A stretch of DNA of 64,000 nt from Phyllosticta citribraziliensis (taxonomy: Eukaryota). The notes under the pieces are model-generated. The model did no database searches. It was not told the DNA's origin and saw nothing but the letters and a program-made list of their open reading frames with translations. Position numbers and translations under genes: made by a program. Numbering within the stretch: position 1 is the stretch's first letter; each line of letters begins with the position of its first letter. Below are positions 28,488 to 41,444 of this stretch, in pieces. The stretch is taken from contig NW_027117345.1 in the NCBI RefSeq assembly GCF_038025025.1, positions 1,736,001 through 1,800,000 on the forward strand. Direction: 5' to 3'.

Positions 28488-30929
28488 CTGGTCCAAAGGT
28501 CAATCTTTTTGAGAGACAGAGTAAAGGAGCAAGGTACACGGGCATTTGTACGAAAGACAGGAGCCAGATTCATTGCAGAGTAGATCTCCCAAGCTCTTCA
28601 TACGGCCATCTTGCCTAAACAGTCATAGGGAGACGGAGAGAAGTGCTAATCGAAGACCGCTAATCTGAAGAATTGCGCAAAGACGCAATTTGGTTGCTCA
28701 AATTAGAAGCCAAATGTAGATCACGGGACTACGCGAGGCAGAAGGGTCCGGACCTTTTGTTCTGCGGAGCTTCGGGATGAGCTTTGGACAGTCGTGAAAA
28801 GAGCACGCTACGCGCGTGTTGAAGCCATTCGAATGACTCGTACCCCTTTTCCATGGCGACGCAGGGGGTCTGAGCTTTGGAGCAGACGCTCGGATATTCT
28901 CGAAGAATTCTTCTTGAGCAGTATGCATACCACTCGGTGGATGAGCCATTCGCCATGCTCAACGACCAGTCGTTCTTACCTTTCACCTTTGAGCTGGACG
29001 TGTGGTCCTTTGCCATTTGCCTTTACATGTTTCCATTCCGGTTTGCTGGTTTGGCGCGCAGTGAAAGCCGTCCAAGGGCAAAAGTTCAGAGCAGCCTCGT
29101 CTCTCCCTGGGAGGGTTGGCGCTGGTCATCCAACGCGGACTTTTCGAGACTCGAAGTTGAACGGGCAGAGGCTGCTTTGAACATACCAAGGCGCAAAGCG
29201 ATGTGCTCGAGAGCTTTCATGGCAAAGGTCTGAAATCAAGCCTCGACCTACCGTGTCATCTTTGAGGAAATTCAGTCGTAATTTACCTAGATGCAGTAGC
29301 TCGGATTCACAATGACGTTGCTGGCTTTGTTGCGCAGACTTCCGAGGTATGATAAGATGGGTGCCATGGAAAAGCAATAATATGAATCAATCGGGACCAT
29401 GCTGCAGTCTGGCGAATGATTTTGCAGCAATGTGACCTGCTTCTTAATGGGCACAAGTGCAGCGCGTGGAGCGGCACAACCTCTTAGGCCAAAGGCTCGC
29501 GTTGTAGTTTTCTCTCGACGCAGCAGGCCAGCAGCACGACGCGAGCCCCGCAATGAGGATCCTCACGCCGCGGGGATTGAGCCACGACCAGTCGCCTCGG
29601 ATGATGGTATGCATGCTCGGTGTCTTGGGTTCGTATTGATCCGGTAAGAGCAGGTGGTGCGCGGAGCGACGAGCAAAGTCAGGTGGGATGCAAAGTACGA
29701 GCAGTCGACACGTATCGCTCGTGGCCTGATGTGATCCAGGATTCTGTCTTGTCGGGTACCGAGACGGAGGTCGAGCTTGTTCAGCCATGAGCGGGCGGGC
29801 GGATGGTCCAGTGTGAGGTGCCGCCGGGAGAAGAACGTGGAGTTGGCCGGCTTACGGCCAGGTTGCCTGCACCCCGACTTTCGCCCTGCCACGACCGCAA
29901 CCACCTCGAGATCGCCTGCATTGGCCGCTGGCAGCTTTTGCCTCGCAGGGTTACACCGCCGCCTCCCGCTCTGCAAGTCGACGGACCGTGATGAAGCGGG
30001 CCTCTCAGGTTTTCTAGTGGCGCACGTCGAGGCTGCGAAGTCGGGCTGTTCCAGGGCAGCGACGGTTGGATGTTGCTATTCTCAGCAGAGACGGCGCAGT
30101 CGACGAACGAGAAGGCTGACGGACTCTTCAGATATGATGAAGACGGCAGGATACGGACCATCCCACGTCGTGGTGTTGATGGATTCAATAAACTACGCCG
30201 CCGCTCCCGTTGAGCCACCCTGGTGGTCAGTGCGTCCACGTCACTCAGGTTGGTCTCCTCTCGACCACTTTGTTGTTTGGATGCACCGCAGCGAAAATGC
30301 ATTCTGCACACCATGAGTGCTGGAATGGCTCGTGCCACATGCAAAGAGAACCAAGGATTGATTTTCTTTTGGCTGTACTCACACATCGGCACCGGCCTCC
30401 ATCGACCACCAACTCGTGCGGCTTCCTGAGAAACTGCTCGGTCAAAACAAGGTATTGACGCATATTCTTAGCCTTGTGTCCTGGATCACTTTCCACATTG
30501 AATGGTTGATTATTCTGTGTGGCTTGCATTAGCACCTCGTCCTCTTGCCCTATCGTCAACGCGAGAGGCGCACTTTTTGCTGATCCTTCCATCCAAATTA
30601 GTATCTTTGACAGAATGACGGCAAAACTCTTCTAATTACACCTCTGGATCGTTCCACCCGAATCAGGCTTATCGAGTTGCAGCCCCACTCAGTAATGGTG
30701 CCAATGAAGTGCTACCTCGCAAACATGCCAGCCGAGCAGGTTGCTTGGAATATAGAACGGATGCCCCCCGGAGGCTTCCAAGCTCTTCACCTGCCTTCGA
30801 GATTTGTGGTTGAATTCTACGGCATCCTCGAAGCGGTCATACTCTCGTTGCTCCAAATCATTCACTATTCTCGGCCCATTCCCCTGACCTTGCAAGCAAG
30901 GCTAAAGTTTTCTTCCAAGGCCAAACGAG

Positions 30930-32435
30930 ATGCGTCTTTCACTCGTTTCAATCGCGCTCTTTAGCTCCACGCTCGCCTCTGCGGGAGGAGGAGACTGGGG
31001 CGGCTGGGATGGCCACACGCCAGGCAAAAGTTGGCCTCTGCCCACCAAGTCTGATTCCGAGCCCCCTTGGGTGACTTTCGTCACTACTACCATCTGCCCC
31101 GTTACTTCATGGAAGGGCTCGACGACTTGGACCTCTTTGACCACTTCCACCATCACCGTCACTTCTTGCAAAGGAGGCTGCAGCAAGACCTATGTACCGC
31201 CTCCGACCACCACTCCGACCAAGCCCACTTACGTCCCTCCTCCAACTTCGTCTGCAAGCCAGAACACGACCTATGTGCCTCCGCCAAAGAGTCACACCTC
31301 CCCATCCAAGTCTTATACCCCGCCACCAAAGAGTCATACCCCTCCCCCTGAGAGCTCCAGCCCGCCCCCAAAGACCCACACAGTCCCGCCTTACCCGTCA
31401 AACAACACAAGTACCTACACTGAAGTCACCACTACATACACGACCATGTAAGTCAGCCTCATTGTCATTCAAATCACAGCAATTGAAACAGCCAGTTGTC
31501 CTATCACGTCTTCGACCGTATCGACTACTACCGAGACCAAGACGAGCGTCGTCCCATGCAAAAAGTGCTCCGGCGGCAGCACGACGACTGAGACTATCTC
31601 CACGTACACAACAACTTGTCCTGTCACTACTAGCACAACATCGACTATCAGTACCATCATCACGTACCCTCATCCTCCTGGAAAGTCGACCAAAATACCC
31701 CCTCCAGAGTCGACCAAGGTTCCTCCTCCATACACTCGTGTTCCTCCGCCGGAGACGACTGTAGTTCCGCCGCCTTACACACACGTACCTCCTCCAGAGA
31801 CTACGGAAGTTCCGCCTCCTCACACACATGTCCCTCCGCCGGAGACTGTCATAGTTCCGCCGCCTTCTACACATGTTCCTCCACCCGAGACAACGGAAGT
31901 ACCGCCTCCTCACAACTACATTCCTCCGCCAGAGACGACGGAAAAGCCACCGCCGCCCACATATGTGCCGCCCCCTGAGAAGACCACCCATGTGCCACCG
32001 CCTCCAGCCGAGACTACGACGTGTACGACAACGTCGCCGTCTTACACACATGTGCCTCCTCCCGAGACCACGACGAAGGTTCCTGTACCATCTTACCCGG
32101 CACCTCCCCCGCACGAGACGATACCAATCGTTCCAAAGCCTTCCCACCCGGTGCCACCCGAAATCTCCCATCCCGCGCCTCCAGAGTCGCACTCGGCGCC
32201 ACCTTCTTATCCTTCGCCAACGACGCCCTCGGTGACGTACGTTCCTCACACATCACCAGCGAGCAGCACCCCGTCGTCAGCGGTTGGAACACCCTCCAAC
32301 TCCGTCCCGTCGAGCGAGACGCCCAGCTCTCCGTCAACTGCGGCGCCACCAGCCTTTACGGGGGCGGCAAGCAGCCATGGAAAGCCTGCCGCCGCGGCAA
32401 TGGTGGGGATTGGCTTGATCTTCGTTCTGCTTTGA
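30930..32435 (+). CDS. Secreted Pro/Thr-rich, probably GPI-anchored cell-wall protein; intron ~31448-31494
   Basis: Signal peptide MRLSLVSIALFSSTLASA; TTTICPVT and TYTTTCPVT motifs; many (T/H)VPPPETT repeats; C-terminus FTGAASSHGKPAAAAMVGIGLIFVLL. Confidence 0.9.
31670..32170 (+). repeat. Coding minisatellite of YTHVPPPETT(V/E)VPPP-like units
   Basis: Recurring cctccgccggagacgac-like units encoding VPPPETT. Confidence 0.85.
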
Positions 32436-33420
32436 TTGACGAGGAGATTTTGATGCTTTGAAATGTTGTGGAGTTGCTGTCACTTCTTCGTTGAGACCGC
32501 ATACTTTGTTACGCCAAACTTGGCTGCCATGGTGCTTAATGATCAGTTAAATAATTATCATGCGCAATTCTTGAGAGCATTTCCTGGATTCGAAACTGTG
32601 CAAAAGGCCGTGAGATGACTTGCCAGAGACAGCGGAGAGTTGCCCATGTCTGTCTCAAACAGACTAGAGACCGCGCGTCCCCACAGTGTTGTTGCTGTCC
32701 ATTCCTCTCTTCACAATTCCATGATGTTCCAATGTCTTTGAAGGCGGTGCCTCTGGCAGGCGTGTCGCTGGGGACAATGTCTCTGGAGATGATGATCCAG
32801 GATCGGTTCGAAATTCTAGGTGTGGTTTAGGATACTTTGCGAAGCGCAGGGGCCACAGGTGGCGGTTGAGAGGACACTGGAGGATGCTTAGCCATTGAGT
32901 AGAATAGAAGCTGATGAATTTCCCATGGTGACCACGCTGTGCTTGTAGTGGAGGGGGAAGAGGCATTTGGCTTCGCAGATTCGGGCGTCGCTCCTGGCAT
33001 TTGCCAAGAATGGAAGCAAGGTAGAGAGAGGGTCCACCTCTTCAGTTGTATAAATGATCTCGTCATTTGCTGGGTGGTAGGATCAAGTCAGTGTTGAGTG
33101 TGTTCCGACGTAGCCCCAAGAAGGCTCCCGTCGTCTGCCTTTGGCCGTACCGGCACCGGTGTTAATCCGCACATTGGAGGTGAATGCCCACCTCAGTGAC
33201 TGTAGCTTTTCGTGGCTTCCCTCTCTGCGGCGTTCACGTGTGCCTCTACCGTCCCCGTCGTGATCTAAATTTAAGCTGTTCGAAACGCCTCCATCCATCT
33301 CCATACAACATCTACATTTCAGTCCATCCTGTCTGTGCCTACCGTAAGTGGCTTCTTGTGAGTCTTCACGCCGCGACCAGCCCTCTCGGCGTGCAACCAA
33401 CCCTGCTTTTTCTTCCAACC

Positions 33421-36043
33421 ATGGATCAACTCGACAACCGCAACCCCGTCGCCCGCGACAAATTCAGTCGCATCCAAGATTGGGCAAACGACTACGAAGA
33501 AGCTATCCAATCCAAGCGCCAAAGCCTTGAATATTGGCGCCACCAGCTCAAAGACTCGCCTGGACTCGTCAACGGTAGGAGCACGATACCTCACGGCAAT
33601 CGCAGGCGTGTTCCTGTCCAGTCTGGCAAGTCTTTGCACGCTGCATCAGCTCCCCGCCAGATCCCGAACAGCCAGCCCGCCTCTCAGCAATTCAAGTCGT
33701 TCCCGCCTCACGGCCATCGCCCACGTGGCGCTGCTTCTGGCAGGCCCCAACCCGTTGCTCCCTCTTCTGATCACCAGAACCTCACCGCATCCAGAGTGTC
33801 TGCGCCTACACCACCCTTTGTCGGCCGCGGCAACCGTGACAACCGAAGGGCTTGGAAAGAGTCAAGTGAGCAGCCCGACGACGCTACCCTTCCATCGACC
33901 GTAGACTTGGAAGCGCCACGAACCCCGAACAAACTCGACTTTGAGGATATCCAGAATACCACGTCGAGATCGCCACACTACTCTCACCCAAGCACTCGCG
34001 CTTCCAACGTCCAACTGCTGCACGACAACTTCGTTGCCCCCAGCCCTCAGGATAAAGACAGCTCCAGAGCAGACTTGGAGTCGCCCAAGATGGAGGCTCA
34101 GCCGAAGTCCGCCTACATTCCGCCTCACCTGCGCAATGGCCGCAGTGCATCTCCTGTCCAGGCAGACTCCTCAGCGCCGATGCCAAAGTCAGACTATGTG
34201 CCTCCTCACCTTCGCAATCCCAAGTCCACGACTAAAGCAAACCGCGACAATTTGTCAGCCAGCCCGAAGCCTGGTTATGTGCCGCCTCACCTCCGCAATT
34301 CCAAGTCCACGACTGAAGCAAATCGCGACAACTCGACAGCGACTCCCAAGCATGACTACGTGCCGCCTCACCAACGTAACAGCAGAGGCAGGGGCAAAGG
34401 AAAAGGCCAGAGGAGCCAGAACGCTTCGAAGTCGAGACCAGGTGCCAACTCTGTTCACCAAAATGGACAGGCTGCGCAAAATGGCGCAGCCCAGCCGTCG
34501 GAAGCCAGATCGTCAAACGTAAATGGCGTGAAGAACGGCAACGGACAAGACGATGTCATGGAAGTCTTCAGGCGCCCGGCATGTGCCGTTCCCAAAAATG
34601 TCTGGACCTACAAGGCCGGTAAGCCAAAGGCGGCTGCCCCTCCCACAAAGAAGGAACGCGGAGCCAAAGCGTTTGCGACGGACAAAGAGATTCGCGAAAA
34701 GTACGGCAAAGGCAGCCCTCCAGTCGGTTCCCTGTGGTCGAATGATGATGAGGGCTGGGACAAGGTGTGTGGTCCCGATCAGGACGATCCCAACTATGAT
34801 GCCATGAGACTGGTGGATTGGGAGGGCAATTGGCTTCCGTGTGTCGATTGGACCTATCGCGACGCGTTCACCATCGACCCATCCAAGTTCAAGCAGTTCA
34901 TTCAGACCTGGATCCTCCGTGGCCCGCAGCCTGGCGATGAGCCCGCCATCGAGGTCAAAGGCGGCAACGAAATCGCGACTCGTACTTGGGCAGCCATCGA
35001 GATTGAGGGAATGCCTCTTCAGGACTGGTGGCAGGAAGCGGTTGACGGCTACCGCGTCGAGAAAGACTGTGTTCCATGGTGGAATACCTTCATGCCTGGA
35101 GATCCAAATCAGCTCGCCCCGAACAATGTTCCTGACTGCAAGGTCGACCGCAATGACTGGGAGCATCAAGATGCGCCCTTCTTGCTCGATTTTGGCTCTG
35201 AAGAAGCGAGCAAGAAGTTCAGGGAGAAGGAAAAGCGGAAGGCCGAGAGGAGGAGGAAACGCGAGCAAGGCTACGAAGAGGCCGCGGCTCTGATCGAGCA
35301 GGACCTCTGGAACGCTCCGGTGATGCCCAAGATCAACACCAAGCTCAAGCTCCGCGTCCGTTTTGCTCAGCCAGGCGACATAGCGCAGATGACGCAAATC
35401 TACAACACCATTCTCGAGACTAGCGTTCGGGTCCCGGAGAGAACTGCCTTGTCGACCACGGAAATGACAGCCCGTTGGAAAGAAAGCCAGAAGGATGCCT
35501 TTGCTTGGTTGGTGGCAGTTGCGCATCCCGGCAGGAACAACAGAGGTGCTGCAAACGAGCGAATCTTGGGTTTTGGCGCCGCTGCGGACTATCACAGCAT
35601 CAATGACATGTACCGCTACACGGCTGACATTGAAGTCTATGTCCATCAACAATTCCGACGCCAGGGAATCGGCTCTTGCCTCATGGACCGCCTCATGAAG
35701 CAGCTCAGCCTCGAGTACGAGGGCTTCGAAGGCTACGACTTCGTGGGAGACGGCACTAGCATGGCTGAGAGGGGCGGTTGCCGCCTGCTTCAGTCGGTCA
35801 TCATGAATGTGCCGCATGATTCGGACGACCCGAAGGACCTGGACGGCGTCACAAAGTTTCTGTCCAAGTTCAACATGAAGCAGGTTGGCAACTTGCCTAG
35901 TGTTGGCATCAAGAAGAGGAAAACGTAAGCGGGCCTCCAATTTGTGATTTCCATGTATACTGACTGTGTGCAGGGTCGACTTGGCCATCTTCCACGCCAA
36001 AGTCGCGCCTAAAATGGATCCTACAAGAGAGCTCGGTCTTTGA
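33421..36043 (+). CDS. GNAT-family N-acetyltransferase domain protein with long disordered N-terminus and 4 YxPPH(L/Q)RN repeats; intron 35925-35973
   Basis: C-terminal VRFAQPGDIAQMTQIYN...ILGFG...YRYTADIEVYVHQQFRRQGIGSCLMDRL (acetyl-CoA motif A, phosphinothricin-acetyltransferase-like); ATG at 33421 (an in-frame ATG also at 33184). Confidence 0.88.
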
Positions 36044-36833
36044 GAATCACGAGCGATGGCGTTACCCGACACAGGCCTTGAATTTCTGCGTACAAGATCA
36101 GTTGGCTTCGAAGTCGAGTACGACTGCTGGCTGTTTACCGAGCGAAGAGATTGGATAGACCGACGCGCTACATCGGCTGGCGCAGAGCTCTTGTTGCTCT
36201 CGCAAGGACGGCGCGTTGCGTTGACGATGAGAAAGTCCCCAGACTTGGGACAAAAAAGACAAAAGACGAAAAGACAAACCGAAAACCAGGTGTTGAACGG
36301 AAGGCACATTCCAGACACCCCCAGGTTTCCTTTTCATCGACTTGGGACCGATCACCCTTTCGACAACCGGAAGACACCGATAGTGCTGATTTGCCTGCTG
36401 CTTGTTTTCTGCTTTTCCTTTTGATCCCACTGCTCCTACAGCCCCCTCAAAATTTGCTTTTTCCTTTCACATTCTCCGACCTCCATTCACTGTACCATTA
36501 ATTCCCCACCTGCTTACAGAACTCAGCTCTGCTGCTGTTTCTCAAAATGGCAGACCAAGCCCACAGCTCTCAAATTGTGGAGAAGGCGCTGAAACTTTCT
36601 TTTTCCAGAACCGATGCACTGGTCTTCTCCCCTCTGGAAGTGGTGTTTTCGGTTCGGGTCTCGACTCGGTTTTCACGGCAGATCGATCAGTCTCCCGTTC
36701 CCCCTTAGAATTAGAAAATGGACGACAAATCCACCAAACTCCTCCCTCTCCAACACCGTGACGTGATGTCGCCAACCACCGCATACCACATGCCCCTCCT
36801 CTTCGCATCCCGCCACCCATCCCGCCTCCCTAC

Positions 36834-38894
36834 CTATTCAACTCTACTAAACCACACCAACCCATCAGCGCCGCTCCCCGCCTCCCTCAGACCCTCGTCC
36901 ATGCCCATCCGCGGCTCATACGCGACGCCGAGCTGCGCGACGCGGCCGTCCAGGCCGCCCCTGAAGACGGCGCGCCGCGGCACGTGGCCCTCGGCCAGCA
37001 GGCTGGGCTCGCCCGGCAGCGAGTGCATCCACGCGAGGAAGAAGTCGTCGCCGGCCACGTGCGTCAAGTACCAGGCGTGGCACCAGGTGCGGTCGCGGAC
37101 GTGGACGTAGAGGAGGGGTGTCAACGGGGCGGAGGCGTTGGTCGAGGGGAAGGCGGGGCAGGTGAATGGAGAGGATGGTGAGGAGGGCAAGGGGGAGGCA
37201 GTGGAGGTTGAGGGCTGCGGACACGCCTGCACCCGCACCTCGCCGTACCCAGCATCTGCGTACACGCCCTCATACGCGTCGATGCTGCGTCGCCGCGGGG
37301 CCGCTGCGTCGTCGCCCGGCGCATCCGGCCACACGACGCTCCGCGCCTTGCGCCGCTTCTCCTCCTTCGCTTCGTCGTCGCGCGCAAACCGCGCCGCCCA
37401 GTCGAAGCCCGCGCCATCGCCCAACCCCTTGCCCCCGCCGCCGTCGTCGTCGTCATCTTCGAGCCCCACGCGCCCCTCCAGCAGCGCCCACTGCAGCACC
37501 TGCGCCGCGCGACCGCTCGAGACGTCCGTGTTCGCGAAGACGGCGACGCCCCAGCGCAGCTGCGGGATCCACATGGAGGCGGTGCCGAAGCCCGTCACGG
37601 AGCCCGTGTGCGTGAGGGCGGTCCAGCGGCCGACGCTGCGCTGGCCCCACGCGAGGCCGTAGAGCGGGGGCGAGGCGTAGGGCGCGAAGTGCGGCGGGGC
37701 GAGGGCGAGGGACGGCGGCGACGAAGACGCGGCGGCGGTTGTGTCTTCGTTGTCGATGATGAGCGGCGTGCGGAGGAGGGCGTGTGAGGAGGGGGCGAGG
37801 AAGGCGTGCGTTGTGAGGAGCGCGCGGAGGTAGTGGGCGTAGGAGAGGGGGGAAAGGAGGATGGAGCCTGCGCCGGTGAGAATGGCGGATGTCGGGGGCG
37901 CTTGTGGCGTGTAGTAGCCGTGCTGCTTGTCGTCTGACGCGCTGTCGTCGTCCTTGTTCTTCTTCCCCTCGGAGCCGTGGTGATAGTAGTACCCAACAGC
38001 CAAATCGTCGCCGTCGCCCGCCGCGAGCGCCTTGTCGCGCGACGCATACGCGTGCCGCATGCCCAGCGGCTCAAACACAGCTCTTTCAACATAATCAGCA
38101 AACGGGACGCCCGTCACCGTCTCCAGCACATGCGCCAGCGTGCTGTACATCATATTGCAATACTGAAAAGTAGCGCGGAACGGTGCCGTCAGGGGCAGAT
38201 TCCTCAGATTGCGCACGTGCTCCTTGAGGCTGGTCTGCCTGCTGCCGCCGTACGATTCGTCGTGGCGCGGCATGCCCGTCCGGTGCGCGAGCAGGTCGGC
38301 GATGGTCGCGTGCTGCGTCACGTAGGCGTCGGGCAGGACGAAGTCGGCGGGGATGAGCGCCGAGACGGGCGTGTGCAGGTGGATCGGGGAGCTGGTGTTG
38401 GCGGTGGTTTCGAAGAGGTGGAGCAGTGAGGCGGCCGTGAAGGACTTGGATATGCTGCCGATGTAGTAGAGCGTGCGGTTCGTGGCGCGCGTCGAGGGGA
38501 GCACGGCGTGTCCGTAGCCCTGGTTCGAATTACGTGTATCAACATATAATCCGTAGGAGAAAAGGGAGTGAATAGTCGAATGCCAGACCGACCCAAAGCG
38601 TAAGATACGTACCTCAGCAAACGTCTTCTCCCCCTGAACAACCACGACGCTTAAACCAGGCACATTGTACTTTCCCATCGTCTTTTTCCCCAGAGCGGCA
38701 AACGCGTCGTCCAGCGGCTCATAAGCGGCCAGTCTCTCATCCAAGCTCTTTCGTCCATTCGGATCAAAACCGCTGCCAACAAGCGGTTGCTGTTGCTGCT
38801 GCCCCCCCAGAGAATGCGCACTCGCAAGGTACATGTAGCATTGCCATAGCGAGACTGCCAGCAGGAGCAGATGAACGCTCCTGAGACCAGCCAT
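36834..38894 (-). CDS. Secreted beta-lactamase/penicillin-binding-protein family serine hydrolase; intron 38520-38612
   Basis: IGSISKSF (SxxK), LLAHRTG, FQYCN (YxN), HTGSV; signal peptide MAGLRSVHLLLLAVSLWQ; C-terminal YEGVYADAGYG domain. Confidence 0.92.
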   Translation of the reverse strand: MAGLRSVHLLLLAVSLWQCYMYLASAHSLGGQQQQQPLVGSGFDPNGRKSLDERLAAYEPLDDAFAALGKKTMGKYNVPGLSVVVVQGEKTFAEVRILRFGSVWHSTIHSLFSYGLYVDTRNSNQGYGHAVLPSTRATNRTLYYIGSISKSFTAASLLHLFETTANTSSPIHLHTPVSALIPADFVLPDAYVTQHATIADLLAHRTGMPRHDESYGGSRQTSLKEHVRNLRNLPLTAPFRATFQYCNMMYSTLAHVLETVTGVPFADYVERAVFEPLGMRHAYASRDKALAAGDGDDLAVGYYYHHGSEGKKNKDDDSASDDKQHGYYTPQAPPTSAILTGAGSILLSPLSYAHYLRALLTTHAFLAPSSHALLRTPLIIDNEDTTAAASSSPPSLALAPPHFAPYASPPLYGLAWGQRSVGRWTALTHTGSVTGFGTASMWIPQLRWGVAVFANTDVSSGRAAQVLQWALLEGRVGLEDDDDDGGGGKGLGDGAGFDWAARFARDDEAKEEKRRKARSVVWPDAPGDDAAAPRRRSIDAYEGVYADAGYGEVRVQACPQPSTSTASPLPSSPSSPFTCPAFPSTNASAPLTPLLYVHVRDRTWCHAWYLTHVAGDDFFLAWMHSLPGEPSLLAEGHVPRRAVFRGGLDGRVAQLGVAYEPRMGMDEGLREAGSGADGLVWFSRVE

Positions 38895-40408
38895 TGAAGT
38901 TGTTGTTGACACAAGACAAGGAGCCAGCGTCGCGGTCGGATTCTTTGTCGTCGAACGCAGCTACTTTCATGGGAGATTCGACAAGTCTACAGGACAGAAT
39001 CCAAGACGAACGGCAAAGCGTCAAGTATCGAGTCTGTAAGAGAGCCAAGATACGCGCACGTCAGCAAACCTTATCTCATCCATGCCCGCTCCTCAACCGC
39101 ATCTGCACTTACATTGACTTTCCCTGATGGATCACGCACGACTCAGCAGTCAAGCTTTGTCATAGAGCATCCATCAAGCACATGGCCCAATTTTAGGTCG
39201 TAAGTGGAAAGGCAACAGAGGTACATGTAGGCAGATAGTGAGTCGCACAGCATGACGGCAAGCAAGGTGGTTAGCTGACCCCAGCACCGCAAGGCAGACG
39301 AGCTCCCCTCCCCCACTTCTGCACCTCTGATGCTCACCATTCACAAGAGCTCTCAGGCCGGGACCTGGACCGACTCACATGCATGCGCGCACGCGGGGCA
39401 CAGCCGATCCTAGTGGGGTTGACGGCGAAACCGCATCCTGCACCACACTCCCAAAGCTCGCCAGCTTTTGTCGAGCGCAGAGAAAAGAAGCGTCATCGAG
39501 TGGAAAAAAGAAAGGGGAAGAAAAAGAGTTTAGCAGCAGCAAGCCGCAATTCTTGATTCAATTTGACCTGCGCACGCTCCGAGTCAGCGAGCTTACGATT
39601 TCCAGACGAGGCCACAATTCCATCTCCAAAGACAACATCACAACAGCGATTACAAAACAAGCAACAAGTTGATCGTTCTTTCCCACGAAAACCTGCGCGA
39701 AGGATCCGCCATTATGGAGGAGCAAGCACTTATAACAAGGGAAGAAAGAGAAAGAGGAAAGAAAAGAGGACGTCGCCATCCCTCGAGCCTCATTAAAACG
39801 CAGGAGATCAAACAAATGCGCCACGCAGCACAAAAGCCAATCCGCCGTACCGTACAAGACCGTGCCCAAGAAACCCGTACCTAGCAATGCGATGGGAGCC
39901 GATGAGGTGGCGATGAAAAAAGAGCTAAGACAGCAGAAAGGACGAAGAAAGGGATGAACAAGAATGCAGAACAAAATCAGACCGTCGTCCAACATGACAT
40001 TATCCTCAGTAAGAAATACACGGGAGATGCTGGAATAGACTTGGTAGCGAGTGCGTTTGGCGAGCAAATCCTCCTGGTGAGTTGGACGGGCTTGCTCACT
40101 AGATCCGTCATTTAGCGAACGTGGATGCTCCTCGTCTCGTTCATTCTTCTGCTGATCTTGTTTCTGCAAAAGGAACCGACTTGGTGGCGTCGATGGGGTG
40201 GGCTTGCCGCGTCCACAGTTCGCTTCTGCTTTCGTGGGTTGGCGGACTATGTGAATCGTGGAGGGCGAATGCCTAGCCAGCGGACGAAGAATCAATCCTC
40301 GACGAGTCGCATCATCAGCAGTCTCGCCCGGTCCGAAACAATTATGGGCGGGTCAACCGGGACGCAATCCGTTCCAGCCTCGAGCTGGCGACCACGAACC
40401 CGAAGAAC

Positions 40409-41444
40409 CTAGTTCCTCTTCTTAGGCAGGCCCAATTTTTGCCTCTCTGTCCGGTCGCCTTCAGCCAACCATTTGCTCGCCTTGACCAGCTGCACCACGT
40501 TGATGAACTGCTTGCCGGCCATGACGGGGAAGGAGATGGCGGCAAGGATCCAAGGGACCGTGCTGTCCATCTTGTTCGCACGAGCAAGCTCCATGGCGCC
40601 CGCGGACCAAGGGCTTGTGAAGAGCATCGAAGGCTTGGGCGCAGGGGGGTTGGCCGGGTTGACGGTCTGAGTCTCGACCTGTTGGAGTAGCGACGGGGTG
40701 AGGAGAGGCGAGGAGAAGGACAGGAGGTAAAGGGCGATGAAGAAGAGTTCGTTCAGCGCGCAAAAGACGAACAGAACTTTCTACAAATCGGGTCAGCATG
40801 ACGGCATCCTGTTTCGCAACGCAGTGCCAAGGGCAGACTTGGCTCCCGAAGCTCTCATGTTGCGGATCAGATAAGGTTTCCGAATGCACTCACGTTGTTG
40901 GAGTAGTACATCTTGAGGATCCAGCTGCGGCTCTCATCGACCTTCTTGTGGCTCTGGCCGCTGCCGCCCATGCTCAGCGTCGCGTACATGTGCATGTAGT
41001 GACTCGCCAGGTCCAGGCTGATCAGCCCCTGGAAGATGATGCTCCATCTGGGGAACGCAGAAGCGAGGAACACGAGCAGGCAGGCCGTTGTGCAGCGGTC
41101 CGTCACCATGTCCAGGACGGCACCGAACTTGGTGCTCTGCTCGAACTTGCGCGCAGCAACGCCGTCGAGGGCGTCGAGCAGGCAGGATATGCTGTAGAGA
41201 AGGGAGCAGGTGCGTGGATGCAGCGGCATGTAGTAGAGGGATGCGATGGCGAGCACGATGCGCGAGTATCCTGTTCAAGAGTGCGGTCAGTGGGCTGCAC
41301 CATCGAATGAAGCTTGTCGGAGCCGAGAGACCCACCGATTTGGTTCGGGATGAACATGAAGATGTTCTCTTCAGGCTCCTGCCGCTTGGTGGCGGCAGGC
41401 GTTGCGCTGCCATTGCCATTTGCCAACGCGTCTGCTTTGGCCAT
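40409..41444 (-). CDS. PIS1: CDP-diacylglycerol-inositol 3-phosphatidyltransferase (phosphatidylinositol synthase), 3 exons
   Basis: ENIFMFIPNQIGYSR, DALDGVAARKFEQSTKFGAVLDMVTDR CDP-alcohol phosphotransferase motif, LDLASHYMHMY, RANKMDS, KQFINVVQL. Confidence 0.96.

Noticed and set aside
34513..36318. 601-aa minus-strand ORF
   Set aside because: Antisense shadow of the GNAT gene; no recognisable motifs. Same for 10005-10979, 22923-23936 and 31398-32249
36834..38500. Horizontal transfer of the beta-lactamase-family gene because of high GC
   Set aside because: Has an intron, signal peptide and fungal-type architecture; the same GC shift appears in SNF1 and MBF1
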